Shown: positions 30,283-39,722 of the stretch, piece after piece
Layout of the letters: every line of letters starts with the position of its first letter
Position numbering within the stretch: the first letter of the stretch is position 1
NCBI GenBank assembly: GCA_030913385.1
Contig: CP133159.1
Location: 640,584-704,583, forward strand
Length of the DNA stretch: 64,000 nt
From: Cytophagaceae bacterium ABcell3
GTDB taxonomy: Bacteria; Bacteroidota; Bacteroidia; Cytophagales; Cytophagaceae
Direction: 5' to 3'
Program-made: the position numbers and the translations under genes
The notes under the pieces: generated by a model
Databases searched by the model: none
What the model was told of the DNA's origin: nothing
What the model saw: only the letters and a program-made list of their open reading frames with translations

Positions 30283-30918
30283 ATGTTAGAAATATTCTCA
30301 GAATCACTTAAACCGGTCAATTTGCCGGGTACATTTATACTCATAATCGTCCTCTGCTATTGGATTGTTAATTTTTTAGGACTTTTTGATCTCGAAATGT
30401 TTGATACTGGAGATATCGAATCAGGCAAAGGAGGTACAGATACCGGCTCTGGTGGAATGGTTTCATCTGCCGCTGAATTTTTTCATTTCGGAGATGCTCC
30501 TGTGACAATTGTCATCAGTTTTTTTGCCCTTTTCTTCTGGGCAGGCTCATTGCTGACAAACCATTACTTGCACAATGAATTTATGCTGATCGCACTTTTG
30601 GTATATGTGCCTAATATTATTGTCAGCCTTTTATTAACTAAAATTTTCGTCAAGCCTGTATCAAAGCTTTACAGTAAACTGAAAAGTCAAGAGGCGCAGG
30701 TGGTAGACTTTTCTGGATCTGTTTGTACCGTAATTATTGGTTCGTCAGAGGGGCGCATGGGGCAGGGAGAGATAAACGAAAACGGTAATAGCTTCAGGGT
30801 GAATATCAGGGCTACTGCTGGAAATTCCTTGTCTAGGGGCGATACAGCTTTGCTTATTGAGGTAGGAGAAAACGGGGTTTACTTGGCCGAACCTTATGTT
30901 GAAACAATGCAATCTTAA
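30283..30918 (+). CDS. NfeD-like membrane protein (YuaF-like)
   Basis: N-terminal TM helices and a C-terminal OB-fold-like domain (GSVCTVIIGSSEGRMGQGEINENGNSFRVNIRATAG...ALLIEVGENGVYLAEP). It sits immediately upstream of the flotillin gene. Confidence 0.65.
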   Translation: MLEIFSESLKPVNLPGTFILIIVLCYWIVNFLGLFDLEMFDTGDIESGKGGTDTGSGGMVSSAAEFFHFGDAPVTIVISFFALFFWAGSLLTNHYLHNEFMLIALLVYVPNIIVSLLLTKIFVKPVSKLYSKLKSQEAQVVDFSGSVCTVIIGSSEGRMGQGEINENGNSFRVNIRATAGNSLSRGDTALLIEVGENGVYLAEPYVETMQS

Positions 30919-30953
30919 AACCGCAACATATTTACTAATCAATTACTAAAGTT

Positions 30954-33047
30954 ATGTTTGAAAGTGTAATTCTAACCACCATACTGGCGGTGGTGTTTTT
31001 CTTTTTTATGGCAGTAGCACTTGCCGTAAAATGGTACCACAAAATGCCTCAGGGCAAAGCTATTGTCCGTACTGGGGCTGGTGGTACAAAGGTCAGCTTT
31101 ACGGCCATGTTCGTCATCCCTGTCCTTCATAAGAAGGAAATTATGGATGTTTCGTTGAAAATGCTGGAAATTGGCAGGATGGGCAAAGACGGCCTTATCT
31201 GTAAAGACAACATAAGGGCAGACATTAAAGTGGCCTTTTTTGTAAGGGTAAATAAGGCGGTGGAAGACGTTATTAAAGTAGCGCAAACCATTGGTTGTGA
31301 CAGGGCTTCGCACAGGGAAACGCTAATTGCAATTTTTGATGCTAAGTTTTCTGAGGCACTTAAAACTGTCGGAAGAAGGTTTGATTTTGTGGACCTTTAT
31401 TCTGACCGTGATAGGTTTAAGCAGGAAATACTTGATATCATAGGTACTGAACTTAACGGATATCATCTAGATGATTGCGCCATTGACTATTTGGAGCAGA
31501 CGTCTATGGAGTTCTTGAAAGCAGATAATGTTCTTGACTCTCGCGGTATCAAAAAAATTACAGAGATAACTGCTGAGCAGAAAGTGCTGGCAAACCAGAT
31601 TAAGAGGGACGAAGAGAAGGTTATTAAAAAGCAAGATGTAGAGGCACAGGAAGCTATTCTTGAACTTAACAGACAGCTGACTGAAAGTGAAGAAAGGCAA
31701 CAGCGTGAAATCTCTATCATAAAGTCTCGTGAAAGAGCAGAAGCTGATAAAGTACAGTCTGAAGAAAAGCAAAAATCTGAACTTGCAAGGATCAGGTCTG
31801 AAGAAGAAGTGGCCATTGCCGAGGAGAATAAGAAGAGACAGGTGATTGTGGCAGCTAAGAGCAAAGAAAGAACAGAGGCTATTGAGACCGAAAGGGTAGA
31901 GAAAGATAAGATGTTGGAAGCAACCGAAAGAGAAAAACTGGTGTCTCTAGCTCAGATAGAAAAAGACAAAACGCTGGAAGAAGAGAAGAAAAACATGCAG
32001 GATGTGATCCGCGAGCGTGTTATGCTTGAGAAGACAGTGGTAGAACAAGAAGAGAAAATTAAAGACACTAAAGCGCTTGCTGAAGCAACTAGGCAGAAAG
32101 AAGTTGCCCTTACACTTGCATTGACAGAGGCTGAGGAGCAGAAGTTGAAAGAGATCAAGCAAGCCGAAGCGCACAAGCTATCTGCTGAACTTAAGTCTCA
32201 GCAACAACTGATAGAAGCAGAAGCAGATCAGAAAGCTTCTGAGAAACAAGCTGAAGCTAGAAGACAATTGGCAGAAGCGACTATCGTGGAAGAATCAACT
32301 GCTGGAATGGCAGAAGTGAAAGTAATTGAGGCGAAAGCTAACGCTATTGAGAAACAAGGTGCTGCTGAAGCCAATATTATGGAAAAGAAAGCTTTGGCAG
32401 AAGCAAGGGGCATCGAAGCAAAAGCTACGGCAGAAGAGAAGAAGGGTATGGCAGAAGCAAGTGTGCTAAACAAGAAAATGGTGGCCGAAGCCAAAGGTAT
32501 CGAAGAGAAAGCAAGTGCTATGAAGAAGCTAGACGGTGTTGGCAAAGAGCACGAAGAATTCAGGCTTAACCTTGAAAAACAAAAAGAAATCGAATTGGCT
32601 CAGATCAGTATCAATAAGGATATTGCTGATGCTCAGGCTAAGGTTATCGGAGAGGCGCTTAGGGCTGCCAAAATTGATATCGTTGGTGGTGAGACTATGT
32701 TCTTTGACAAGATCATTGGCTCTATTACTTCTGGTAAATCTGTAGATTCATTTGTTCAAAACAGCATCGTTGCCGGAGATGTGAAGAAGGCATTGTTGGG
32801 CGATGGAAGTAAAGGAAATATCATTCAGAGGATCCAGGAGTTTATGACTTCCAATGCTATTTCCATAGAAGATGTGAAAAACCTGACTATTACCGCATTC
32901 TTCGGAAAGCTGATGGCTCAGACTGTTGACCCTGACTTTAAAGCTTCTCTGTCTGCCTTGCTCGGTGATGCGCAGAAAGCTGGACTGGCCAACAAAACAG
33001 TTTCATCTCTTGGGCTTAACGGAGCTTCTGTTGCCAAAGAAAACTAG
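30954..33047 (+). CDS. Flotillin-like SPFH/band-7 protein with long EA-rich coiled coil
   Basis: N-terminal TM, an SPFH domain (AIVRTGAGGTKVSFTAMFVIPVLHKKEIMDVSLKMLEI) and an extended Ala/Glu/Lys-repeat coiled coil, as in FloT/YqiK. Confidence 0.8.
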   Translation: MFESVILTTILAVVFFFFMAVALAVKWYHKMPQGKAIVRTGAGGTKVSFTAMFVIPVLHKKEIMDVSLKMLEIGRMGKDGLICKDNIRADIKVAFFVRVNKAVEDVIKVAQTIGCDRASHRETLIAIFDAKFSEALKTVGRRFDFVDLYSDRDRFKQEILDIIGTELNGYHLDDCAIDYLEQTSMEFLKADNVLDSRGIKKITEITAEQKVLANQIKRDEEKVIKKQDVEAQEAILELNRQLTESEERQQREISIIKSRERAEADKVQSEEKQKSELARIRSEEEVAIAEENKKRQVIVAAKSKERTEAIETERVEKDKMLEATEREKLVSLAQIEKDKTLEEEKKNMQDVIRERVMLEKTVVEQEEKIKDTKALAEATRQKEVALTLALTEAEEQKLKEIKQAEAHKLSAELKSQQQLIEAEADQKASEKQAEARRQLAEATIVEESTAGMAEVKVIEAKANAIEKQGAAEANIMEKKALAEARGIEAKATAEEKKGMAEASVLNKKMVAEAKGIEEKASAMKKLDGVGKEHEEFRLNLEKQKEIELAQISINKDIADAQAKVIGEALRAAKIDIVGGETMFFDKIIGSITSGKSVDSFVQNSIVAGDVKKALLGDGSKGNIIQRIQEFMTSNAISIEDVKNLTITAFFGKLMAQTVDPDFKASLSALLGDAQKAGLANKTVSSLGLNGASVAKEN

Positions 33048-33055
33048 TAGCTCTA

Positions 33056-33097
33056 ACCTGAAATACCTAATAGAAAGTTCTATTACGTATTTCAGGT
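33056..33097. repeat. 42-bp near-perfect palindrome built from MITE terminal sequence
   Basis: ACCTGAAATACCTAATAGAAA|GTTCTATTACGTATTTCAGGT has arms 19/21 complementary. The right arm matches the MITE 3' terminus AGAAAGTTCTAATGCATGTTTCAGGT. It lies 9 nt after the flotillin stop. Confidence 0.8.
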
Positions 33098-33283
33098 TTG
33101 CATAAAAAATTATTTGGTCCGAATGGTGCGATAAGCCTTACTATGGGGCAAAAACACAGTAATCCAGCGTATTATTGCGGTAATGCTGATGTTTTGATGT
33201 AAAAGCTTTTGTCATTGTAATAGCTTTATTGCTCCTTCCGGATCAAAGACACTCCGGGGCTTTTAGTGCCGGAGTGTATATTA

Positions 33284-33452
33284 ATCCTGAAATATGCATT
33301 AGAACTTTCTGTTTCGTGTCAAAATAACTTCAAATCAGACGCTTAGCTCGTATTTGGTTTTTAACCATAGAACCACTATGCTTTGCAAATAAAATACGCT
33401 GATTTTTTGTTCTTTTGCCCTCATAACGAAATCTAATACATATCCAGGTTAA
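33284..33452 (-). repeat. MITE-like repeat copy B (TTAA-flanked)
   Basis: Reverse complement about 90% identical to 14952..15122; TTAA at both borders. Confidence 0.85.
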
Positions 33453-33499
33453 TTGTCCCTGATCATAAATATTTTCCGGAATTAAACTTTCACCCTTCC

Positions 33500-36400
33500 A
33501 TGGCAGAAGATAAAAACCCTTCAGCAGAAGCAGAAAAGAACAATAACAATATAGACGCCGGAGCTTACCGGATCCTCAGAAACCGATTGGATACGGCTGC
33601 GAACGACTTGAAGTCAAGGCTTGGCAAGCTGAACGAAGAGCGGAAATCTGTTTTCGGTTCAGTCGAAAGCCGTATCATCGGAAATGAAAGAGTTACTACC
33701 GAAAACAACTGCGTTGCCCGCGACATGATTTCTGTGGGGCATCACTTGCTTTTTGGATATAATGTCCACTTGGGACTTAAATCTGAAATGGAGGTAAGCG
33801 ATGTTTTTAATGTGTATGAGTTTAATGACAATTCTTTTCATGATGCAGGGCTTGAACTGATCAATGATAGCACATTTGAAAGCGACTTCAGAGACCTTTA
33901 TAAATATTATAAAAATACCGTTTTTGAGAAGTTTGCTGTCATAGGACCTTTTCTGTACATGGTTTTTCGTGTAGGGAAAAATAAAGGGGACATAAAAACT
34001 TTTAAATGGCTTATTGCTGAAAATGCCTTTCAATACCAGGGCAACCGCAGCGATCATGAGTTTAAATTTCCTCCTCAGTTTGAGTTTGAATGGGTAAGGA
34101 CTACCAGGGACAGCCATAGGAGTGGAAAACATCCGCATGTTTCTGTGTTGGACAAGGTATTTATAGAAACGGTGGGTGGCGATTTGACTATTAAGGTTGA
34201 AGATAATACCGACAATGGCGAAGGTATTCTTTCCGAGCCAGTAGAGGATAGGGACCAGAAACTTGATGATGCTGAAATTTACTATGCTGATCTTGACAAC
34301 ATTATTCTTCTAAAAATTAAACCTTTTAGGGAAAAAGAATTCCGGTATATAGTATATAACCATAGAATCAAGCAGGCAAAAAGGATAGACGCTATAAAGG
34401 ATTCCTGCGTGCTGCTACCGGACAACCATGGTATTATATTTTCTAAGGGATACTATCTCCAGACAGGTGAATATAAGCTGTTCGAGAACGAAGTTCAGGG
34501 GCTTCTTTTCGAAAAAATGATAGCTTCTCCCAATGGAGAGGATTTTATGTATGTGTTTTATAGCATGGATTACGGCGCTTATATTATGCTGCCGTACAAC
34601 CTTATAAATCAGCATGTGGAAAACCTAATTGTATGTCACGGTTATTCATTTTTTCCTGATGGCGAGCTGATTTATTTTACAGACCAAAGCAATGCTACAA
34701 AACATCATACCATTCAAATATGGCAGACACCGTTTGTAAGCCCAGATTATGTTCCTCCTGTTCAGTCGGACTGTTACCTGTTCAAGATTGGCAATAAGGA
34801 TATTGTCCGCGCTATGGCGGAATGTACCGAGCTTCTCAACCTTTTGCAGAAAGATGATGAATCTTATGCAAACTTGTATTATGATATAGTTAAACTGGCG
34901 GGCGATATTACAGATTCTTATTTTTGGATCAGGGAAGAAGCGGCCTTTAATTTGGCAGCAGCTTTAACTGTTGTCCGAAATACTGCCTCCTCTGCTATCG
35001 ATGAATTTCAGAAAGTCCAGCGGATTAAGCAAAACACCCGACAACAGACAGAGAAATATGCTGTAGAGGTTAAAGAAGTGCTGCGGGTTATTAGTAGGGA
35101 ACGTTTTGAAGATATTGATGCATTTGTGGGGGTTCTGTCAAAAATTAGGGGGCTACGGGGAGAGGTTATTTCTTTGAAAGACCTGAGGTATGCCGATACT
35201 AAATTTATAGAAGGGCTGGAAAAAGAGCTGGAGAAAGAAGCTGAAAAGGTTTCTGAAAGGTGCGTACGGTTCTTGCTCGACGAATCATCGCTTACGCCTT
35301 ATCATACCAAGCTGGAAGAGCAGAAGGAAGGCATTGAAAAGGCCACTAGGGTTGCAGAGGTTTCTGAAAGGATTGAAGAACTTAATGATATTTCTGCCGG
35401 GTTGGAAATGCTTATAGATACCGTTTCTAACCTTAAAATTGAGGACGCCACAGAAACAACCCGTATTATTGACAATATTTCCCTTATTTTCTCAGACTTA
35501 AACCAACTCAAATCAAGGGCAGGAAATATTAGGTCTGGTTTTAGGAAAGGGGAAAGCACCGCAGAGTTTCATGCGCAAATACGCTTGGTTGAGCAGGCCA
35601 TCGTAAACTATCTTGATCTGTGCGACACACCCGAAAAATGCGAGGAATACCTTACCCGCTTAATGGTCCAGTTGGAAGAATTAGAAGCAAAGTTTTCTGA
35701 CTTTGATGAATTCATTACTAACATTACTGAAAAGCGGGAAGAAGTATACGAGGCATTTGAAAACCGGAAACTCAACATTGTTGAAGCCCGAAACAATAGG
35801 GCCAACACGTTAATGTCCTCTGCTGACCGGATTTTGAAAGGTATTCAGAACCGGGTGGCCCGTTTTGAGGATACCAAAGATATCAATGGTTACTTTGCCT
35901 CTGATATGATGATCGACAAAGTGCGAGATATCATAAAAGAGCTTCAGCAACTGAATGACTCTGTAAAAGCGGATGAACTTCAGGGTAAGCTGAAAAATTT
36001 AAGAGAAGAAGCCTTAAGGCAACTGCGGGATAAGCAGGATATTTTTGTGGCAGGGGCCAACTTGGTTAAGTTTGGAGATCATCATTTCTCTGTTAATACC
36101 CAAGCACTCGATTTAACCATTGTCAACCGTAACCAGGAATTGTTTTATCACTTAACCGGAACGGGCTTTTTTGAAAAAGTGGAAGATGAAAGACTGGCTG
36201 GTACCAGAGAAGTTTGGGAGCAAACCGTTGTTTCAGAGAATCAACAAGTTTATAGAGGAGAGTATCTTGCCTATAAAATCTATACAGACGCAGTGGCTGG
36301 AAGAGGGGAAAGTAAAGATCATTTATATATGCTGACCATTCCTGACCTACAGGCTTATGTGCAGCAGTATATGGCACCAAGATATGCAGAAGCGTATGTA

Positions 36401-38416
36401 AAAGGGGTGCATGACAAAGATGCTGCCCTTCTGCTAAAGTCACTTCTTGAGCTGGACCACAATTCTGACTTGCTTCGCTATGATCCACTTACCAGGGCTT
36501 GTGGATATTTCTGTTGGAATTATGCCTTTGGTGTAGAGAGGCGTGCAATTTTGGATAAACGACTTAAAGGAACAGGTATCATATTGAAAGTCTTCCCTGA
36601 CCCTGGTTCTTTCAGCGAGGTCCGTGCAGACCTTGAAGCGGAGGTGAAAGCTGTACTTGCTAAAAACGAGCTTTTTGCAGAAGTTTCATGTGCTCAGGTG
36701 GCGGCTTATCTTTTTGATGAATTGGTACGAAGCAATACCTTTATACTTAGCCATGAGGCCGAGGTACTTTATAAAAACTTTACCCAGTATCTCGAAAAAA
36801 GCCGGACCAAAGAATTGCTGGAGTCGTCTTTGGAAATGCTGAAAGACAATTGTGAAGAGCAGTTCATACTAGCCCGTAACTGGTTACATGCTTTTATAAA
36901 GAACAAAGAAGGTCAGGAGCAGCTTAAAGAATTTGCGGACGAAGCTACTTTGTTGTTGCTAAATAAAGATGAGCAATGGAATATTGTTAAGGCTTCTCTA
37001 CAGGTAACCCTTGAAGGTTTCTCCGGTAACCACGCTGTAGTGGAAGACGGAAAATACCACTTACATTATAACAAGTTCCTTAATAAAATGCGGCATTATG
37101 AATCTCATACTGTGCCGCTTTTCGAAAGGTATATTAAGGCCAAGAACAAGGCGGTTGATGAAAAGAAAGCCAGCCTAAGGTTGCAGGAGTTCCTGCCAAA
37201 AGTCATGAGTTCTTTTGTGCGTAACAGACTTATTGATGAAGTATACCTTCCTTTAATAGGGGCTAATTTTGCTAAACAATTGGGTGCCGCCGGCGATAAC
37301 AAACGTACAGACAATTCCGGTATGCTTTTGCTGGTATCGCCTCCGGGTTATGGAAAGACCACGCTTATGGAGTACATTGCCAGTCGATTGGGTATTATTT
37401 TCATGAAAATAAACGGACCGGCTCTTGGCAATAGGGTTACCTCCCTCGATCCAGTCGAAGCTCCAAATGCAGGAGCACGTGAGGAAATAGAAAAGCTTAA
37501 TTTAGCTTTTGAAATGGGCGATAATGTCATGATTTATGTTGATGACATTCAGCATTGTAGTGCTGAGTTCCTGCAAAAGTTCATTTCCCTTTGCGATGCC
37601 CAACGTAGGATTGAAGGCGTGTACAAAGGTAGGTCAAAAACTTATGATTTTAGGGGTAAGAAGGTCTGTGTGGTAATGGCGGGTAACCCATATACTGAAA
37701 CGGGTGAGAAGTTCCGTATCCCTGACATGCTTGCCAACAGGGCTGATACATATAACCTTGGTGATATTATTGGCGATAAAGCTGAAGCATTCAGGTTGAG
37801 TTATATTGAAAATAGTATGACCTCTAACACTACGCTGAATAAACTGTCAAATCGTAGTGCGAAGGATATTTATACCTTTATGCAACTAGCCGAAAACGGT
37901 GACCGGGACGACCTAAGCTTTGAAGGAAACTATTCTCCAGAAGAAATTAGTGAAATTGTTTCTGTCCTTAAAAAGCTGTTTGCTGTAAGGGAGGCTGTGT
38001 TGAAAGTAAACCTTCAATATATTTATTCTGCCTCTCAGTCTGACGATTACCGTGAGGAGCCAGCCTTTAAGATGCAAGGTTCATACCGGAACATGAATAA
38101 AATGGCAGAACAGGTAGTTCCGGTTATGAATGACGAGGAGCTAGTAACTTTGATCCGGACGCACTATAACAACGAGTCGCAAACCCTTACCACTGACGCT
38201 GAAGCCAACCTTCTTAAGTTTAAGGCTATTAATAATTGGTTAACGGAAGAAGAAGAGGCGCGGTGGAATGTCATAAAACAAACGTTCCAGAAAAACCAGA
38301 AGTTTAGAGGCGCAGGAGACAATCAGGTAGGCCTGCTTGTTTCGCAGCTTAGTGTTCTCGGCGACGGTGTGGACGGTATTCGAAAGGCGATTGAATATAG
38401 AGGAAAGGGTGAATAA
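33500..38416 (+). CDS. Giant (1638 aa) protein with C-terminal MoxR/McrB-like (helix-2-insert clade) AAA+ ATPase domain
   Basis: Walker A LLLVSPPGYGKTTL, Walker B VMIYVDDIQHCSAEFLQ, sensor-1 VVMAGNP, and an Arg in RIPDMLANRAD. About 1250 aa of upstream sequence has no motif I recognise, plus coiled-coil segments. Confidence 0.7.
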   Translation: MAEDKNPSAEAEKNNNNIDAGAYRILRNRLDTAANDLKSRLGKLNEERKSVFGSVESRIIGNERVTTENNCVARDMISVGHHLLFGYNVHLGLKSEMEVSDVFNVYEFNDNSFHDAGLELINDSTFESDFRDLYKYYKNTVFEKFAVIGPFLYMVFRVGKNKGDIKTFKWLIAENAFQYQGNRSDHEFKFPPQFEFEWVRTTRDSHRSGKHPHVSVLDKVFIETVGGDLTIKVEDNTDNGEGILSEPVEDRDQKLDDAEIYYADLDNIILLKIKPFREKEFRYIVYNHRIKQAKRIDAIKDSCVLLPDNHGIIFSKGYYLQTGEYKLFENEVQGLLFEKMIASPNGEDFMYVFYSMDYGAYIMLPYNLINQHVENLIVCHGYSFFPDGELIYFTDQSNATKHHTIQIWQTPFVSPDYVPPVQSDCYLFKIGNKDIVRAMAECTELLNLLQKDDESYANLYYDIVKLAGDITDSYFWIREEAAFNLAAALTVVRNTASSAIDEFQKVQRIKQNTRQQTEKYAVEVKEVLRVISRERFEDIDAFVGVLSKIRGLRGEVISLKDLRYADTKFIEGLEKELEKEAEKVSERCVRFLLDESSLTPYHTKLEEQKEGIEKATRVAEVSERIEELNDISAGLEMLIDTVSNLKIEDATETTRIIDNISLIFSDLNQLKSRAGNIRSGFRKGESTAEFHAQIRLVEQAIVNYLDLCDTPEKCEEYLTRLMVQLEELEAKFSDFDEFITNITEKREEVYEAFENRKLNIVEARNNRANTLMSSADRILKGIQNRVARFEDTKDINGYFASDMMIDKVRDIIKELQQLNDSVKADELQGKLKNLREEALRQLRDKQDIFVAGANLVKFGDHHFSVNTQALDLTIVNRNQELFYHLTGTGFFEKVEDERLAGTREVWEQTVVSENQQVYRGEYLAYKIYTDAVAGRGESKDHLYMLTIPDLQAYVQQYMAPRYAEAYVKGVHDKDAALLLKSLLELDHNSDLLRYDPLTRACGYFCWNYAFGVERRAILDKRLKGTGIILKVFPDPGSFSEVRADLEAEVKAVLAKNELFAEVSCAQVAAYLFDELVRSNTFILSHEAEVLYKNFTQYLEKSRTKELLESSLEMLKDNCEEQFILARNWLHAFIKNKEGQEQLKEFADEATLLLLNKDEQWNIVKASLQVTLEGFSGNHAVVEDGKYHLHYNKFLNKMRHYESHTVPLFERYIKAKNKAVDEKKASLRLQEFLPKVMSSFVRNRLIDEVYLPLIGANFAKQLGAAGDNKRTDNSGMLLLVSPPGYGKTTLMEYIASRLGIIFMKINGPALGNRVTSLDPVEAPNAGAREEIEKLNLAFEMGDNVMIYVDDIQHCSAEFLQKFISLCDAQRRIEGVYKGRSKTYDFRGKKVCVVMAGNPYTETGEKFRIPDMLANRADTYNLGDIIGDKAEAFRLSYIENSMTSNTTLNKLSNRSAKDIYTFMQLAENGDRDDLSFEGNYSPEEISEIVSVLKKLFAVREAVLKVNLQYIYSASQSDDYREEPAFKMQGSYRNMNKMAEQVVPVMNDEELVTLIRTHYNNESQTLTTDAEANLLKFKAINNWLTEEEEARWNVIKQTFQKNQKFRGAGDNQVGLLVSQLSVLGDGVDGIRKAIEYRGKGE

Positions 38417-38463
38417 TACTGATGTGTTAGGAGAGAGACTGAGGTGGTATCCTGTTCCGGTTA

Positions 38464-38883
38464 TTGTTTTTTATAAACTGGAACTATTTATTATATTCAG
38501 ATAGTCAGGAACAAAAAACACATTTGGACATGCCTATTAAAAGGTTTTTCAAAATATTGCAGGCCAACCTCAACCAAGGAAAGGAAGGGTATACCTACAT
38601 TCCTCCAGAGGAGCCTCCTAAGGAAAAGAGCTTTTATGAGCCCAAAACCGTGAGCAATGAAAATCCTGTGGATGTGAAGGAGGCGGGCTATTATTCCAAT
38701 CTTGAGTTGCCTTATGGAGCGGGATTTGATGAAATTAGGAAAAACTATAGGCGTTTAATGAAGCAATATCATCCTGACAAGTTTCATAATGATTCGGGAA
38801 GGAAAGCTTATGCAGAAGAGGTAAGCAGGTTGTTAATCGAGGCATACACTTATTTTGAGGATAAATTCTCAAAAAAAACTTGA
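38464..38883 (+). CDS. Small J-domain protein (DnaJ-like co-chaperone)
   Basis: C-terminal J-domain FDEIRKNYRRLMKQYHPDKF... The start may be the Met at 38531. Confidence 0.75.
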   Translation: MFFINWNYLLYSDSQEQKTHLDMPIKRFFKILQANLNQGKEGYTYIPPEEPPKEKSFYEPKTVSNENPVDVKEAGYYSNLELPYGAGFDEIRKNYRRLMKQYHPDKFHNDSGRKAYAEEVSRLLIEAYTYFEDKFSKKT

Positions 38884-38933
38884 TATTTTAAAGGAAAAGA
38901 GGAAATTTACTAAGTATTTAAATTTGAGCAAAT

Positions 38934-39659
38934 ATGTTTAATTGGTTAAAAAGGCTTTTTATGATAGGTGGAGCCGAAGCACATAAAGCACTGGACAAAC
39001 TTGAAGACCCTGTCAATATGATAGAGCAAGGCATTCGTGATCTGAAAGAAGACCTGAACAAAGGACTTAAGAGCCTTGCGGAAGTGAAAGCCCTTGCTAT
39101 TAAAGCTCAAAATGACCAAAAGTCTCAAACCAATTCTGCCAGGGAATATGAAGAGAAAGCGGTTTTGTTGTTGAAGAAAGCCCAAACCGGTGGACTAGAC
39201 CCTACAGAAGCTGACAGGTTGGCGAGCGAAGCCCTTATGAAGCAGCAGGCTATTGCCAAACAGGTTGAGGCGCAAAATGCGACCATTAAGCAGTACCAGG
39301 AGATGGCTGCACAAATAGAAAGTAACAATAACCTTCTCAAAAAGAAGATTGACAACTATGAATCCGAACTGGGGTCTTTAAAAGCACGTGTTAAAGTGGC
39401 TAAAAGTACAAAAGACTTTAACAAATCCATGGCCGGCCTTGACTCTAATGAAACCCTTCGGATGTTAGAGAGAATGAAGGACAAAATATCTCACGAAGAA
39501 GCCCTTGCCCAATCCTATGGCGCTATTGCCGAAAGCAAAACTTCTATAGACGATCAGATAAACCGTGCTTTAGAAGGAGCTACCGTAAACCCTGAGGTGA
39601 AGGATTCTTTAGCTGAACTAAAAGCAAAACTGGGTATGGATAAAAAGCTTGAGGAGTAG
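38934..39659 (+). CDS. pspA: PspA/IM30 (Vipp1) family protein
   Basis: MFNWLKRLF...LDKLEDPVNMIEQGIRDLKEDLNKG is the canonical PspA N-terminus; 241 aa, all coiled coil. Confidence 0.85.
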   Translation: MFNWLKRLFMIGGAEAHKALDKLEDPVNMIEQGIRDLKEDLNKGLKSLAEVKALAIKAQNDQKSQTNSAREYEEKAVLLLKKAQTGGLDPTEADRLASEALMKQQAIAKQVEAQNATIKQYQEMAAQIESNNNLLKKKIDNYESELGSLKARVKVAKSTKDFNKSMAGLDSNETLRMLERMKDKISHEEALAQSYGAIAESKTSIDDQINRALEGATVNPEVKDSLAELKAKLGMDKKLEE

Positions 39660-39687
39660 AGACGTAACTTTATAATAGTGTAGTTTA

Positions 39688-39722
39688 ACGCAGGGAGGCT
39701 GTTGGTTTTCCTGCGTTTTTTG
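39688..39722 (+). terminator. Rho-independent terminator of the pspA operon
   Basis: ACGCAGGGAGGCTGTTGGTTTTCCTGCGTTTTTTG. Confidence 0.8.

Noticed and set aside
31467-32545. Several 75-125-aa minus-strand ORFs with Ser/Ala/Cys-rich low-complexity translations
   Set aside because: They are antisense shadows of the flotillin EA-repeat coiled-coil region. Similar shadow ORFs inside other long genes (for example 403..639, 7614..7877, 33659..34138) are likewise rejected.
38919-38926. TAAATTTG matching the Bacteroidota -7 promoter motif TAnnTTTG just upstream of pspA
   Set aside because: Only 7 nt from the ATG and no -33 TTTG partner; too weak to call an internal promoter.
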